A stretch of DNA of 64,000 nt, taken from contig JAVJNR010000003.1 of the NCBI GenBank assembly GCA_040217195.1, forward strand, positions 704,001-768,000, written 5' to 3'. The notes under the pieces were generated by a model. The model was not told the origin of the DNA and did no database searches. It worked only from the letters and a program-made list of their open reading frames with translations. The translations under genes and the position numbers were made by a program. Source of the DNA: Leptospiraceae bacterium (GTDB lineage Bacteria; Spirochaetota; Leptospiria; Leptospirales; Leptonemataceae). Of this stretch, positions 30,237 through 40,477 are shown piece after piece (within the stretch, counting starts at the first letter, position 1; each line of letters opens with the position of its first letter).

Positions 30237-31181
30237 CTATTTATTCGTCTGTGATGATAGAGCGACGCTCGAGCGAGACGTAATATAGACTCCAGCCAGC
30301 ACAATCGAAGCTCCCAACCATTGATACATATGAGGCCAGGCTCCCAGGGCGATGGAAAGAAGCATCGCAAATACCGGCACCAGGTTGATAAATACAGAAG
30401 CCCTTGGAGCACCCAGGGCTCTCACTCCTTGATACCAGAATAGAAAGGCAAAACCGGATGCAAATAGTCCCAGGTACATTAAATGAAGCCAGGCCAGGCC
30501 ATAGACAGTGATGTCCAGAAGCTCCCAGGCAGGAAAACTGAACTCCTCACTGAATGGAAGCCAGCCCAGATACTCAAGTATACCCAGCGGCAGAAGTAGT
30601 AAGGCTCCAATGATGCAAGCTACAGTGGTGGTGCCCAGAACCGGCTGGGATTGCAGCACCTCTCTTCCCTTTACGGAATAGAAAGCCCAGCATATGGATG
30701 CACCAAAGATAAAAATGTCTCCTATCCTGAACTCCAGTGCTGAAAGCACAGCCCAGGAACCCTGGCTAAAGACCAGAATCAGGCCCAGAAAAGATAAAGC
30801 AATCCCTGCCCATCGCATCGCACTGGAATGTTCCTTTTTCCAGATACTACTGACCAGAGCCGTTACGGCCGGATTAGCAGCAACGATGAGTGATCCGGTG
30901 ACTGGATCACTGAGCTTAATGCCCATGAAAAAGCAAAGATTATAGAAGAACACTCCAACGATTCCAAGAAAAAGCAGATCCCGTTTCTGAGCTGCAGTGC
31001 GCATAGCGGGCCATCCACCATAGATGCTTGTTAAGACCGAAAGGAATGCACTGGCAAAAAAGAATCGAAAGAATGCGGCCAGATAGACTGGAAATACCTG
31101 AACCACCGCTGTAACTGAGAAAAAGGCCAGAGACCAGAAGAAAGCGGTGGCAATAAGACGAACATAGAAGCCCCTGTACAC
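30237..31181 (-). CDS. DMT/EamA-family transporter
   Basis: About 10 TM helices in two EamA halves; ASVFINLVPVFA. Confidence 0.9.
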   Translation of the reverse strand: MYRGFYVRLIATAFFWSLAFFSVTAVVQVFPVYLAAFFRFFFASAFLSVLTSIYGGWPAMRTAAQKRDLLFLGIVGVFFYNLCFFMGIKLSDPVTGSLIVAANPAVTALVSSIWKKEHSSAMRWAGIALSFLGLILVFSQGSWAVLSALEFRIGDIFIFGASICWAFYSVKGREVLQSQPVLGTTTVACIIGALLLLPLGILEYLGWLPFSEEFSFPAWELLDITVYGLAWLHLMYLGLFASGFAFLFWYQGVRALGAPRASVFINLVPVFAMLLSIALGAWPHMYQWLGASIVLAGVYITSRSSVALSSQTNK

Positions 31182-31326
31182 AGACCCAGTCCATGAAGTC
31201 CGAACCTGGACACAAGTGGATTTGACGGATCAGGAATCGGAAGAGAGGCCTCCTGGCTGCGGCAGGATTTGCCCGATGCGGTGCATTCTCTTGCTCGCAG
31301 AAGAGTAGCTATTTTACAGTGTCAAT

Positions 31327-32622
31327 ATGAAACTATCCGGGGATTGGGTCATTGCTACGAGTCTGGGACTGGGACTTTTTATCATATATTTGAGCGCGCC
31401 GGTTTATTATGGTTCCGATGCAGAATACGCGGTACCCCAGATTGTCTCTATCTTGCAGCATGGAGATCAGAACCTGGATGAGTACGCTCATCTTTATAAA
31501 AAGCAATACCAGATTCTAAAAATAAACGGGCATTATTACGATGCATTTCCATTTGGAACGGTCTATCTTGGACTGGTACCGGCCCTTTTCCTTCAACTCA
31601 TCTATGATCCGAATTACATAAGCCTGCACAGGGAAGAGTTCGCCCTCATAATTGCCGGCATTCTGATGGCACTCGCATCTTCTATTTTCTATCGCCTGGG
31701 CAGACTGAATCATCTTTCCCTTCCAAAATCATTGTTACTGGCCTTGATCGCCGGACTTGGAACGTCCATTCTATCCACTGGGAGTCGGGCGTTGTGGCAA
31801 CAATCAGGCATAATGCTGATGTACACTCTGATTCTCTATTGCTACGAGTATTACCGGAAAACGGAAAGACCGATATGGATTGGCTTTATCAGCCTCTTGC
31901 TGGGCTTTTCCTTTGCCGTCAGACCACTGAGCGCTATACTAATCGTTTGCCTGGGAATCCAACTGTTTCTCACCCATTGGAAGAAGCCCCGGACCTTGCT
32001 AATGCTCGTACTTCCGGGTCTGATTGTAATTGGCGCTCTGGTGGTTCAGAGTTATACACTGTTTGGGAACTGGTTACATCCATACTATCTCATGGATCGT
32101 CCCGGTCACGATAACATTACAGGAGCCCTGGCCGCGAACCTATTCTCCCCAGCCCGGGGATTGTTCTTCTGGCACCCCATTCTGCTCTATTCGTTTGTAT
32201 GGATGATTCGCTCCCCGGCCCATGGAACTCATTCTTCCATCTACGGAACTTTGCTCATTGTCTGCTTTCTGCATCTTCTGGCCGTTTCGGCCTTCAAGCA
32301 CTGGTGGGGTGGCCACAGCATGGGGCCTCGGCTTACATCGGATCTTGTACCATTGCTCCTGTATTCGCTCATCCCGGCCATTCGCGAAATCAATCATTGG
32401 AAGCGACCGGCCTTCACATTGAGCTTTATCCTGCTGGCTTTTCTGGGTATAGCGATGCACCTTAGAGCTGTCTTCGTCCCGGAGGTAGGTAAATGGAATC
32501 TTGGACCGCCGGATGTAGACCGGGCTCCTAATAGGATCTGGAAAGACTCACCACCGATACTTAGCGGGGACAGAACGTTTCGCACCCTGCTCAAAATGCC
32601 CGTGCCACCGAAGCCAGAATGA
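31327..32622 (+). CDS. Polytopic membrane protein, probable GT-C-fold glycosyltransferase
   Basis: Many TM helices; motifs LFSPARGLF..HP and WWGGHS.GPR. Confidence 0.6.
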   Translation: MKLSGDWVIATSLGLGLFIIYLSAPVYYGSDAEYAVPQIVSILQHGDQNLDEYAHLYKKQYQILKINGHYYDAFPFGTVYLGLVPALFLQLIYDPNYISLHREEFALIIAGILMALASSIFYRLGRLNHLSLPKSLLLALIAGLGTSILSTGSRALWQQSGIMLMYTLILYCYEYYRKTERPIWIGFISLLLGFSFAVRPLSAILIVCLGIQLFLTHWKKPRTLLMLVLPGLIVIGALVVQSYTLFGNWLHPYYLMDRPGHDNITGALAANLFSPARGLFFWHPILLYSFVWMIRSPAHGTHSSIYGTLLIVCFLHLLAVSAFKHWWGGHSMGPRLTSDLVPLLLYSLIPAIREINHWKRPAFTLSFILLAFLGIAMHLRAVFVPEVGKWNLGPPDVDRAPNRIWKDSPPILSGDRTFRTLLKMPVPPKPE

Positions 32623-32773
32623 TTGACCAGAACGAAAGTCCAGAGGTTAAGCCAGCAGATCACAGTTTACTCAACTGAAGGCTTGCAGGCCAGGACATGG
32701 GTGCGATGCCCATTCCGAAATCAATACACCCCGGACTTCGCAATGGATTCCCAACGTCTTGTATGTTAAGCAA

Positions 32774-34186
32774 CTACTGAAATTGTGCCTTTCGCATCCG
32801 GCTTTGCACAAGGCTGCGAAAACGGACTTTCTTTACCAGGGCATCAAAGTATACATTTTCCAGCCGATCCACCACAGAGTCCCACCCTGCCAGACTGGCT
32901 ATTTCTCTGGCCCGCACTCGAATGGATTGAAAATCCAGATTGGAGACCGGACTGTTTGAATTTAACCTGGTCCCCATTCCTGGCTGTGCAATTGTTGCAA
33001 GCTTTCTGGCAAGTCCCAGAAAAGACTCTGGATCCATTTGTGATGCGATCAAAGCACTCTCTTCATCTTTCAGAAGTTGCCTTGCTGCTCCTCGATCATA
33101 GGCCAGAATAGCCAGGCCACTGGCAGCCGCCTCGGTGACTACGTTACCAAATGTATCTGTAAGACTGGGGAATAGAAATACGTCTGAAGAAGCATAGTGC
33201 TCCGATAGATCTTTTCCGGAAAGAAAGCCGGTGAAATACAGGTCCGGGTTTTCCCTTTCCAGACGATTACGCTCAGGTCCATCACCTACCAGAAGCATGC
33301 GTGCATTCGGAATTCTATTTTGAATCTCTCGAAAGGATTGGATAGCCAGTTCGATGTTTTTCTCCGGGGCCAGTCGTCCGGCGTACAATACCAGCAGGTC
33401 ATTTACTCCGACCCCCAGACTTTCGCGGAGCTCCGGATTCCTGTGCTCCGGCGAATAAGCCTGCAGATCTACGCCTCTTCCAATGACCGAAACCCTTTTG
33501 TATCCGGAGGCTAATAATTCGGATCTCATGCTTTCCGTAGGAACCAGTGTTCTTCTGGTCAGGTTATGGAATAATCGCAGGTATCTGGACACAGCTCGTC
33601 CCAGACCAGACATACCATAGTAGTCAAAGTACTGATCAAAGTGGGTGCGATAATCGCTTATCACCGGAATGCCACAGCTTCTGGCCGCAAGCATTGCGTT
33701 GAATCCCAGGGGCCCCTCAGTTATTATATGGACCAGGTCCGGTCTATGCTGGCGAAATCTGGACCTAAAGAAATGAGGGCTGGCCAATCCTACCTGAACC
33801 TCTTTGTAAAAGGGCATTCGCAATCCAATACATAGATGTTCGGTGGTACCTTCCCTGGCTTTTGAGTCATATGCTGGTCGGGAGGTTTCATTGGTTAAGG
33901 CAGAAACCCTTTGCTCTGATTCGATCGAAATACGGCGGAGACTGGATTTGCTTCGCGGGAAGAATCGACCGGAGATTGTCTTATAGGAGAGGCCGGTAAT
34001 TGAATCAAGAGTGAGGTCCAGACCTGGCGTTTGATCAGAAGACTGTGCCGGACGAAATACAGTCAATTCATGTCCTCTGTCTCGCATGCCCTGCATCATC
34101 CGATCCAGACTGCGAGAGACTCCATTTACTTCAGGCAGATGAGTTTCTGTAACCACGGAAATCCGTAGACGATTGGCCGCTGACAT
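32774..34186 (-). CDS. Glycosyltransferase family 4
   Basis: VTET.LPEVNGV, HI.TEGPLG, YAGRLAPEKN, FPSLTDTFGNVV.EA.ASGL. Confidence 0.92.
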   Translation of the reverse strand: MSAANRLRISVVTETHLPEVNGVSRSLDRMMQGMRDRGHELTVFRPAQSSDQTPGLDLTLDSITGLSYKTISGRFFPRSKSSLRRISIESEQRVSALTNETSRPAYDSKAREGTTEHLCIGLRMPFYKEVQVGLASPHFFRSRFRQHRPDLVHIITEGPLGFNAMLAARSCGIPVISDYRTHFDQYFDYYGMSGLGRAVSRYLRLFHNLTRRTLVPTESMRSELLASGYKRVSVIGRGVDLQAYSPEHRNPELRESLGVGVNDLLVLYAGRLAPEKNIELAIQSFREIQNRIPNARMLLVGDGPERNRLERENPDLYFTGFLSGKDLSEHYASSDVFLFPSLTDTFGNVVTEAAASGLAILAYDRGAARQLLKDEESALIASQMDPESFLGLARKLATIAQPGMGTRLNSNSPVSNLDFQSIRVRAREIASLAGWDSVVDRLENVYFDALVKKVRFRSLVQSRMRKAQFQ

Positions 34187-34502
34187 AAGAAATGTATGCT
34201 CACCCAACGCTACGATTCAATGAAAGAAATGTGTCATTCCTGTGTTTGAACTTACCTCTTAGCCATTTTTGGCGAATCGATTCAACAAAATCGTGAACCA
34301 ACTCGGGCATGGCAATCTGATTCTCCACTTATCGCATACTTCCAAAACGAATCTATGTACGGTTCATGTCATTTGCAAGACACTGAGCAATAAGCGAATG
34401 CATCCGGGCGCAGTCCGGAGGCATGCCTATATTTCTTTAATCGAACCCGACGCTGTGCGCCCTGGCAATGTTTCTTGCTTCTTGAACCACTTTCTTTCGA
34501 AT

Positions 34503-35843
34503 TCAGGCCAGTTTGTACACCGGCACCGCCTCTTTGCGACCGCGCACCTGAATGGGTTCAATCTCTGAGCCCAGAATTTCCATGCCTGCATTCTCTGCAT
34601 CTCGCCTTACTGTATCCGAAATAAGCAGAGCGGATTCGAACTTTTTATTCATCTGTTCCAGACGAGATGCAACATTTACCGTATCGCCTATAATTGTGTA
34701 CTCCTTTCTTCTGGAAGATCCAACGTTACCGGTTACGGCATCTCCTGCATGAAGGCCAATCCCCACTTTCGTTAGAGGAAAGTCCCTGGATTGATTCCAG
34801 GAATTCAGAGCATGTAGAATATCCAGGGAGGCCTGGATTGCATTTCGGGAATCCCTTCCGTCGGAGATCGGTGCTCCAAAGACAGCCATAAATCCGTCTC
34901 CCAGAAATTTGTTGATGATTCCTCTATTATTATTCACACAATCGATCATGAAATCAAAGAGCTGATTTAGGTATTGCACCACTTCAGACGGAGTACGATG
35001 TTCGGAAAACGCAGTGAAGTTGCGAATATCCAGAAACATTACGCAAACGTGTCTGGTTTCGCTTTCCAGATCCGTTTTTTGATCCAGCAGCTTATCCACT
35101 ACTTCCGGAGAAACATGCGCCCCAAACATTTCCACAACACGATTTCTCTCTTCCAGGGTGTTTAGAGATTCAAGAAATCCCTTTTTCAACTCCCGGGCCA
35201 CATAGCCCGCAACAGCGCCGGCCACAACAAACATCAGAATCTTTCCCAGATGGAAGGCTGGCATTGCCAGAATCATACCCGGCGAAATGGGTCCATCCAC
35301 CGGAAGCGTAAAGCCCACCAGCGCTGGCTGATAATAGATCCACAGAGCCGAGTATTCCACAGTAGCCACCAGGCCGGTAAAGATACAGAGCCGATAGTCC
35401 AGCCTCAATGTAGACAGCAATATAAAGAGAAAATAGGCATAGGTAGGAGGACTGTACAGTGCCTCCAGAGGATGAACCAGGTTCGTAAATGCCAGAATCA
35501 TGAAAGTTGGAATGCTGGTTTCAATCAAGGCATTGGCATAGCGGTGGCTGATCGGGACCATTCTTCCGCGCCTTAAGAAATAACGAAAGCCCATGAATGC
35601 AGCTATCTCATAGGCCAGGGCCACGGACAGGGTCAGAAATGCGAATCGAAGCTGCCATACCCGGAAATCTGCATCTTCCAGAAGGATTCTGGTAAATGTG
35701 CCCAGAATGAAAACAACTACAATGAGGCCAGCCAGTAGCATTGCCAGGATTCTGACCCGTCTGATTTCCGAATGCAGAATCTCTTTTTCAAAGGCTTCCT
35801 CGGCAGCTGAGAGTGGGTTGGCCTGTTTCCAGAATGGCATCAT
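34503..35843 (-). CDS. Membrane-bound class III adenylate/guanylate cyclase
   Basis: FLDIRNFT, KFLGDG.MAVFGAP, GIGLH.G, YTIIGDTVNVASRLE. Confidence 0.93.
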   Translation of the reverse strand: MMPFWKQANPLSAAEEAFEKEILHSEIRRVRILAMLLAGLIVVVFILGTFTRILLEDADFRVWQLRFAFLTLSVALAYEIAAFMGFRYFLRRGRMVPISHRYANALIETSIPTFMILAFTNLVHPLEALYSPPTYAYFLFILLSTLRLDYRLCIFTGLVATVEYSALWIYYQPALVGFTLPVDGPISPGMILAMPAFHLGKILMFVVAGAVAGYVARELKKGFLESLNTLEERNRVVEMFGAHVSPEVVDKLLDQKTDLESETRHVCVMFLDIRNFTAFSEHRTPSEVVQYLNQLFDFMIDCVNNNRGIINKFLGDGFMAVFGAPISDGRDSRNAIQASLDILHALNSWNQSRDFPLTKVGIGLHAGDAVTGNVGSSRRKEYTIIGDTVNVASRLEQMNKKFESALLISDTVRRDAENAGMEILGSEIEPIQVRGRKEAVPVYKLA

Positions 35844-35979
35844 GGCAGAATTTCTATCCGGGGTTTTTTTGGGTCAATGCGCTTTGATGCAGAAAAAAAT
35901 CAAAAATCTGCAACCGGATACCCGGCAAAGGTTCCTATGAATTGAGCCAGAAATAGGGCTCAATTGCAGGAGCGACAAA

Positions 35980-37128
35980 ATGATTAAGTGGAACGAAATA
36001 AACTGGCCCACCTTTCTATTCTTTATCTTCAGCCCCATTGGCGCAATAGCAGGTGTGGTTTATGTAGCAATGGAGATCGGATTTCATCCAGCTACCATTG
36101 CACTCGCTGTATTTATGATATTTGCCACCGGAATCGGAATTACCGGCGGGTATCACAGGCTTTTTTCGCACAAGAGCTATGAAGCATCAAAACTGGTGCG
36201 CTGGCTCTATGTTTTCTTTGGATCGGCTGCTCTGGAAATGAGCGTCATCGAGTGGGCCTACGACCATCGAAATCATCATCGGTACGTAGACCATGAAAAG
36301 GATCCGTATGCCATAACAAAAGGTTTCTGGCATGCCCATATTCTGTGGCTTTTTAGAAAGCGCGGAACCGGTAATCGTGAAGAAGTGGATCTAAATCTGG
36401 TTCAAGACCTCTGGAAAGATCCAGTACTGAGATTTCAGCACAGATTCTACATCCCTATTGCTCTTCTCACTTCCTTTCTATTTCCTGCCGTCGTAGCATC
36501 CCTCTGGGGAGACTTTATAGGCGGACTTTTAATTGCAGGTCTGGCCCGAACTGTCTGGGTGCACCAGGCAACCTTTTGCATCAATTCAGTATGCCATTTT
36601 CTGGGAACTCAGCCCTACTCGGACAAACATACAGCCAGAGATTCCTGGGTTACAGCTCTGGTAACTTATGGAGAAGGATATCATAACTACCACCATGAGT
36701 TTCCGGTAGATTATCGAAACGGTATTCGTAAATACCAGTATGATCCTACCAAATGGCTGATCTTCGCACTGAGCAAGCTGGGCCTGGTATGGAATCTGAA
36801 ACGCATTCCGGATGAGAAGATCCTGGCGGCCAAAATGGAAATGCGGGAAAAACAGCTAATTGCACTTTCGCAAAAGAAGGCCCAATCCACTGGCTTCGCA
36901 GAGGGCATTGCAGCTCTTAAAGAAAGCGGCGAGAAGACTCTGGTTCGAATACAGGACCGATTCGACGAGCTTGCAAAAAATCTCAAAGAGATGCGCAGAG
37001 AAAAGAAATCTCACACTGAAATGAAAAACATTCGCAAGCAACTGATTCGCACATACCGGCTCCACGAACAAAAAGCTGTGGAGCTCATGCGTCAGATTTC
37101 TTCTAAAGACCAGACTGCAGCTGCCTAG
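35980..37128 (+). CDS. Delta-9 acyl-CoA desaturase
   Basis: GYHRLFSHKSY, HRNHH, INSVCH, GEGYHNYHH, YDPTKW. Confidence 0.94.
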   Translation: MIKWNEINWPTFLFFIFSPIGAIAGVVYVAMEIGFHPATIALAVFMIFATGIGITGGYHRLFSHKSYEASKLVRWLYVFFGSAALEMSVIEWAYDHRNHHRYVDHEKDPYAITKGFWHAHILWLFRKRGTGNREEVDLNLVQDLWKDPVLRFQHRFYIPIALLTSFLFPAVVASLWGDFIGGLLIAGLARTVWVHQATFCINSVCHFLGTQPYSDKHTARDSWVTALVTYGEGYHNYHHEFPVDYRNGIRKYQYDPTKWLIFALSKLGLVWNLKRIPDEKILAAKMEMREKQLIALSQKKAQSTGFAEGIAALKESGEKTLVRIQDRFDELAKNLKEMRREKKSHTEMKNIRKQLIRTYRLHEQKAVELMRQISSKDQTAAA

Positions 37129-37214
37129 GTCCGAATACTACTGGCTCGGGCAGGTTCCGGGCCAGAATCAATGAAATTGCAGATTTTCGGGAACCTCGTT
37201 GAAGGCTCCCACCG

Positions 37215-37244
37215 GAAAGGCCCCTCGGGGCCTTTCTTTTTTTT
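37215..37244 (+). terminator. Rho-independent terminator
   Basis: GAAAGGCCCC-TC-GGGGCCTTTC followed by T8. Confidence 0.9.
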
Positions 37245-37393
37245 GCTGGTCAGGACTCACTTATGTCACAGACGGAATATAGAGTGTTCCCATGAAAACG
37301 CCAGAACTCAGAAGACTTCAGCCGGGCTTACCGGTGTCATCAACCACCAAATTAAGCCGCAGAACCGGCCATCCTTCCGATAATAAACAGGTA

Positions 37394-38479
37394 ATGCAGT
37401 TTCGTTTTCTGGATCTATTTGCAGGGATTGGTGGAATGCGCTTTGCGTTCGAAAAGGTTGGAGGCCAGTGTGTCTTCAGCTCGGAATGGGATCGTGCCGC
37501 GCAAAAAACCTATGAGGCCAATTTTGGTCATTTGCCCGAAGGCGATATTACAGCCATAGGAGCGGAAGACATTCCCGATGCGGACATTCTTGTGGGAGGA
37601 TTCCCCTGCCAGCCATTCAGTATTGCAGGAGTGTCAAAAAAGAATTCCCTGGGAAAGAAACATGGATTCGGCGATGAAACCCAGGGAACGCTATTCTTTG
37701 ACATTCTTCGTATTCTGGCTGTAAAGAGGCCTTCCGCCATTCTTCTGGAGAATGTGAAAAACCTCCGCAGCCATGATGGGGGAAAGACATTTGCAGTCAT
37801 TGTTGAAAAGTTGACAGAGCTGGGCTACCACCTGAACATCGAAGTCTTAAATGCATCGGCCGTTCTGCCGCAAAACCGGGCGCGAATCTTCATCGCAGGA
37901 TTCCTGGACCCTCGGGCCGCCGCTGCCTTTCAATTCCCACTGGCCCATGAATTCCCACTTCCCGACTATTTGAAGCTAAGACCAACTCGCTGGGACGATG
38001 CAATCCAGGACCGCTTAAGCTATAAACCCAGACTGGGCGATATCCTGGAAAAAGCAGTGAATCCAAGATACACTCTTTCGGACCATCTTTGGAAATACCT
38101 TCAGGATTACCGGGATAAACATCGCAAAGCCGGCCATGGATTTGGATTTGGACTATGCGGCCCGGCCGATATTGCCCGCACTCTATCAGCCAGATATTAC
38201 AAAGATGGATCAGAGATCCTGATTAAACAGCGCCCCTCCAGAAGAAATCCCGGAGCGAACCCAAGAAGACTTACTCCCAACGAATGTAGAAGGCTGATGG
38301 GCTTTCCAGAGGATTTCCAGATCGTGGTTTCAGATACTCAGGCCTACAAACAATTCGGAAACTCTGTGGCTGTGCCGGTTGTTAGCGCCATTGCATCAGG
38401 CATGGCGAAGGCCCTTCAATCAGTGAGCGCTTCCGGCAAAAAATGGAAAGTAGGGGCGAAACTGGCATCAGCGTCATAG
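37394..38479 (+). CDS. dcm: DNA (cytosine-5) methyltransferase, Dcm/M.EcoRII-like; alternative start 37292
   Basis: DLFAGIGG, GFPCQPFS.AGVSKKNSLG..HGF, ENVKNL.SHD.GKTF, RTLSARYYKDGSEILI, PRRLTP.EC.RLMGF, YKQFGNSV. Confidence 0.92.
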   Translation: MQFRFLDLFAGIGGMRFAFEKVGGQCVFSSEWDRAAQKTYEANFGHLPEGDITAIGAEDIPDADILVGGFPCQPFSIAGVSKKNSLGKKHGFGDETQGTLFFDILRILAVKRPSAILLENVKNLRSHDGGKTFAVIVEKLTELGYHLNIEVLNASAVLPQNRARIFIAGFLDPRAAAAFQFPLAHEFPLPDYLKLRPTRWDDAIQDRLSYKPRLGDILEKAVNPRYTLSDHLWKYLQDYRDKHRKAGHGFGFGLCGPADIARTLSARYYKDGSEILIKQRPSRRNPGANPRRLTPNECRRLMGFPEDFQIVVSDTQAYKQFGNSVAVPVVSAIASGMAKALQSVSASGKKWKVGAKLASAS

Positions 38480-39159
38480 GCCCAGGAACTCTTAGATCCA
38501 TTCATCGGAAGCTAATGGACTGGTTTCGAGGCTCCAGGAGGGACTATCCCTGGCGTCAAACTCATAACTGGTTTCATCTGGTCATTGCGGAGCTAATGCT
38601 CCGCCGCACCCGTTCCGATCAGGTGGCCGCCGTATACGAGCGCTTTGTCAAAAAATATAAGAATGCCCGGGCAGCAAGCAAGGATCCGGAAGGTGTTCAG
38701 GAAACCATTCGTTCCCTGGGGTTAAACTGGCGAAATGAACAGATTCAAGAAACGATCCAGTATCTAAGCCATAGGTATGGCAATAGGCGAAAGCTCAGTC
38801 CAGATGAAGATCTAAAGAGTACTCCGGGTGTGGGCGATTATTGCAATGCCATGCTAAGAAGTCGTCTATTTCAGGAACCGGAACCGGCTATCGATTCCAA
38901 CGTCGCTCGTATTTATTGCAGACTTCTGGATGTGGAGTTTCATCCAGAAATGCGTCGAAAAGCCTGGCTTAAGCAGCTGGCCAGAGACTATATGGATACT
39001 GCCGTACAATCCAAAGAGCTAAACGACCCATTTGAGATTAACCTGGCACTTCTAGATCTGGCCGCATTGGTATGTAAGCCTGGAATCCCGAAATGCATGG
39101 AATGTCCAATTCGCAATCATTGCAAGACCGGGCTTTCTCGAAACTCCAGGATTTCTTAG
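38443..39159 (+). CDS. HhH-GPD DNA glycosylase with a 4Fe-4S loop; MIG (T:G mismatch)/MutY-like
   Basis: R.YPWR, AELMLRRT, HhH PGVGDY, IDSNVAR, C-X6-C-X2-C-X5-C; lacks the MutY C-terminal domain. Confidence 0.85.
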   Translation: MESRGETGISVIGPGTLRSIHRKLMDWFRGSRRDYPWRQTHNWFHLVIAELMLRRTRSDQVAAVYERFVKKYKNARAASKDPEGVQETIRSLGLNWRNEQIQETIQYLSHRYGNRRKLSPDEDLKSTPGVGDYCNAMLRSRLFQEPEPAIDSNVARIYCRLLDVEFHPEMRRKAWLKQLARDYMDTAVQSKELNDPFEINLALLDLAALVCKPGIPKCMECPIRNHCKTGLSRNSRIS

Positions 39160-40394
39160 CCTGCGCTGATCATGCCGGCAGCCACTGTGGCATTGCTGGA
39201 CTCATCGACCAGGATGAAACTTCCGGTGCGACGATTCTTGGAATATCTATCAAAGCTCAAATTCTCTGCCGTTTTAATCCTTACCAGGCCAATGTCGTTT
39301 AGCTCCATACTATCCGAGGCCTGCTTCTCCAGACTCTTGATATCGTAAACCGCTTCAATGGATTGAACCACTGCCATCGACCTGCGAGTGGTTTGCTGCA
39401 GCAGGAATCGATTTCTGGACTGTAGCTTCGTTTGATCCATCCAGCAAAGATGGGCCACAAATTCCCGACCGGTCAGAGCCGGATCATCATTTGAAACGAT
39501 CATATCCCCGCGAGAAACATCAATATCATCCTCCAACTGAATGGTGATGCTCATTGGCGCAGAAGCTCTCTCCAGGGGTTCGCCACCCAGCTCCAGGGAT
39601 TTGATTCTACTCTTTTGGCCGGAAGGCAGCAAGGTCACTTCCTGACCCGCTTCCAGAACTCCGGACTGCAATTGCCCGGCATAACCTCGATAGTCATGGT
39701 ACTGCTCAGAATGGGGGCGAATCACCCATTGCACAGGGAAACGAGCCGGACCCACATCTTTGCGATGCGGCAACTCTTCCAGAACTTTCAATAGAGGCTG
39801 ACCTTTAAACCAGGGCATATGCTCCGATTTTCGAGCAACGTTTTCACCGGAAAGTGCTGCCACTGGAATATAAATCACATCGTCCAGATTCATTCTAGCT
39901 TTGATGCCTTCGTATTCCTGTACAATTTCATTGAATCTCTCTTCGCTGTATTCTACCAGATCCATTTTGTTGATCGCAAGAATTACATGTGGAATGCCCA
40001 GAAGAGAAGCCAGAAAACTATGACGTCTGGTTTGCTCTGCAATACCCTGGCGCGCATCGATGAGTATCACCGCCGCATCCACATTGGAGGCCCCTGTAAC
40101 CATATTTCGAGTATACTGCACATGCCCTGGAGCATCTGCGATAATGAACTTCCTCTTTTCCGTGCTGAAGTATTTATAAGCCACATCGATAGTAATTCCC
40201 TGCTCTCGTTCGGCCTTCAGTCCATCTGTAAGAAGAGCCAGGTTTACTGTATCGGATCCGCTTTTTTCGCTGGATCGCTCTATAGCTTCCACCAGGTCTC
40301 GAGCCACGGCTCCACTATCGAATAACATTCTACCGATCAATGTTGATTTTCCATCATCTACGGATCCGGCTGTGATAAATCTTAATAAATCCAT
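39156..40394 (-). CDS. cysN: Sulfate adenylyltransferase subunit 1 (no fused CysC)
   Basis: GSVDDGKSTLIGR, EREQGITIDVAY, DAPGH, NKMD. Confidence 0.96.
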   Translation of the reverse strand: MDLLRFITAGSVDDGKSTLIGRMLFDSGAVARDLVEAIERSSEKSGSDTVNLALLTDGLKAEREQGITIDVAYKYFSTEKRKFIIADAPGHVQYTRNMVTGASNVDAAVILIDARQGIAEQTRRHSFLASLLGIPHVILAINKMDLVEYSEERFNEIVQEYEGIKARMNLDDVIYIPVAALSGENVARKSEHMPWFKGQPLLKVLEELPHRKDVGPARFPVQWVIRPHSEQYHDYRGYAGQLQSGVLEAGQEVTLLPSGQKSRIKSLELGGEPLERASAPMSITIQLEDDIDVSRGDMIVSNDDPALTGREFVAHLCWMDQTKLQSRNRFLLQQTTRRSMAVVQSIEAVYDIKSLEKQASDSMELNDIGLVRIKTAENLSFDRYSKNRRTGSFILVDESSNATVAAGMISAG

Positions 40395-40477
40395 TTTATT
40401 CTCCTTTTAGAAAAGCTTGCCAGTGCGTAATGAGCCGTTAACACTCATAAACGAAAGAAACATTACGCCTCTGCGCA

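Noticed and set aside
37394..39159. Type II restriction-modification system
   Set aside because: No endonuclease ORF; the partner gene is a glycosylase
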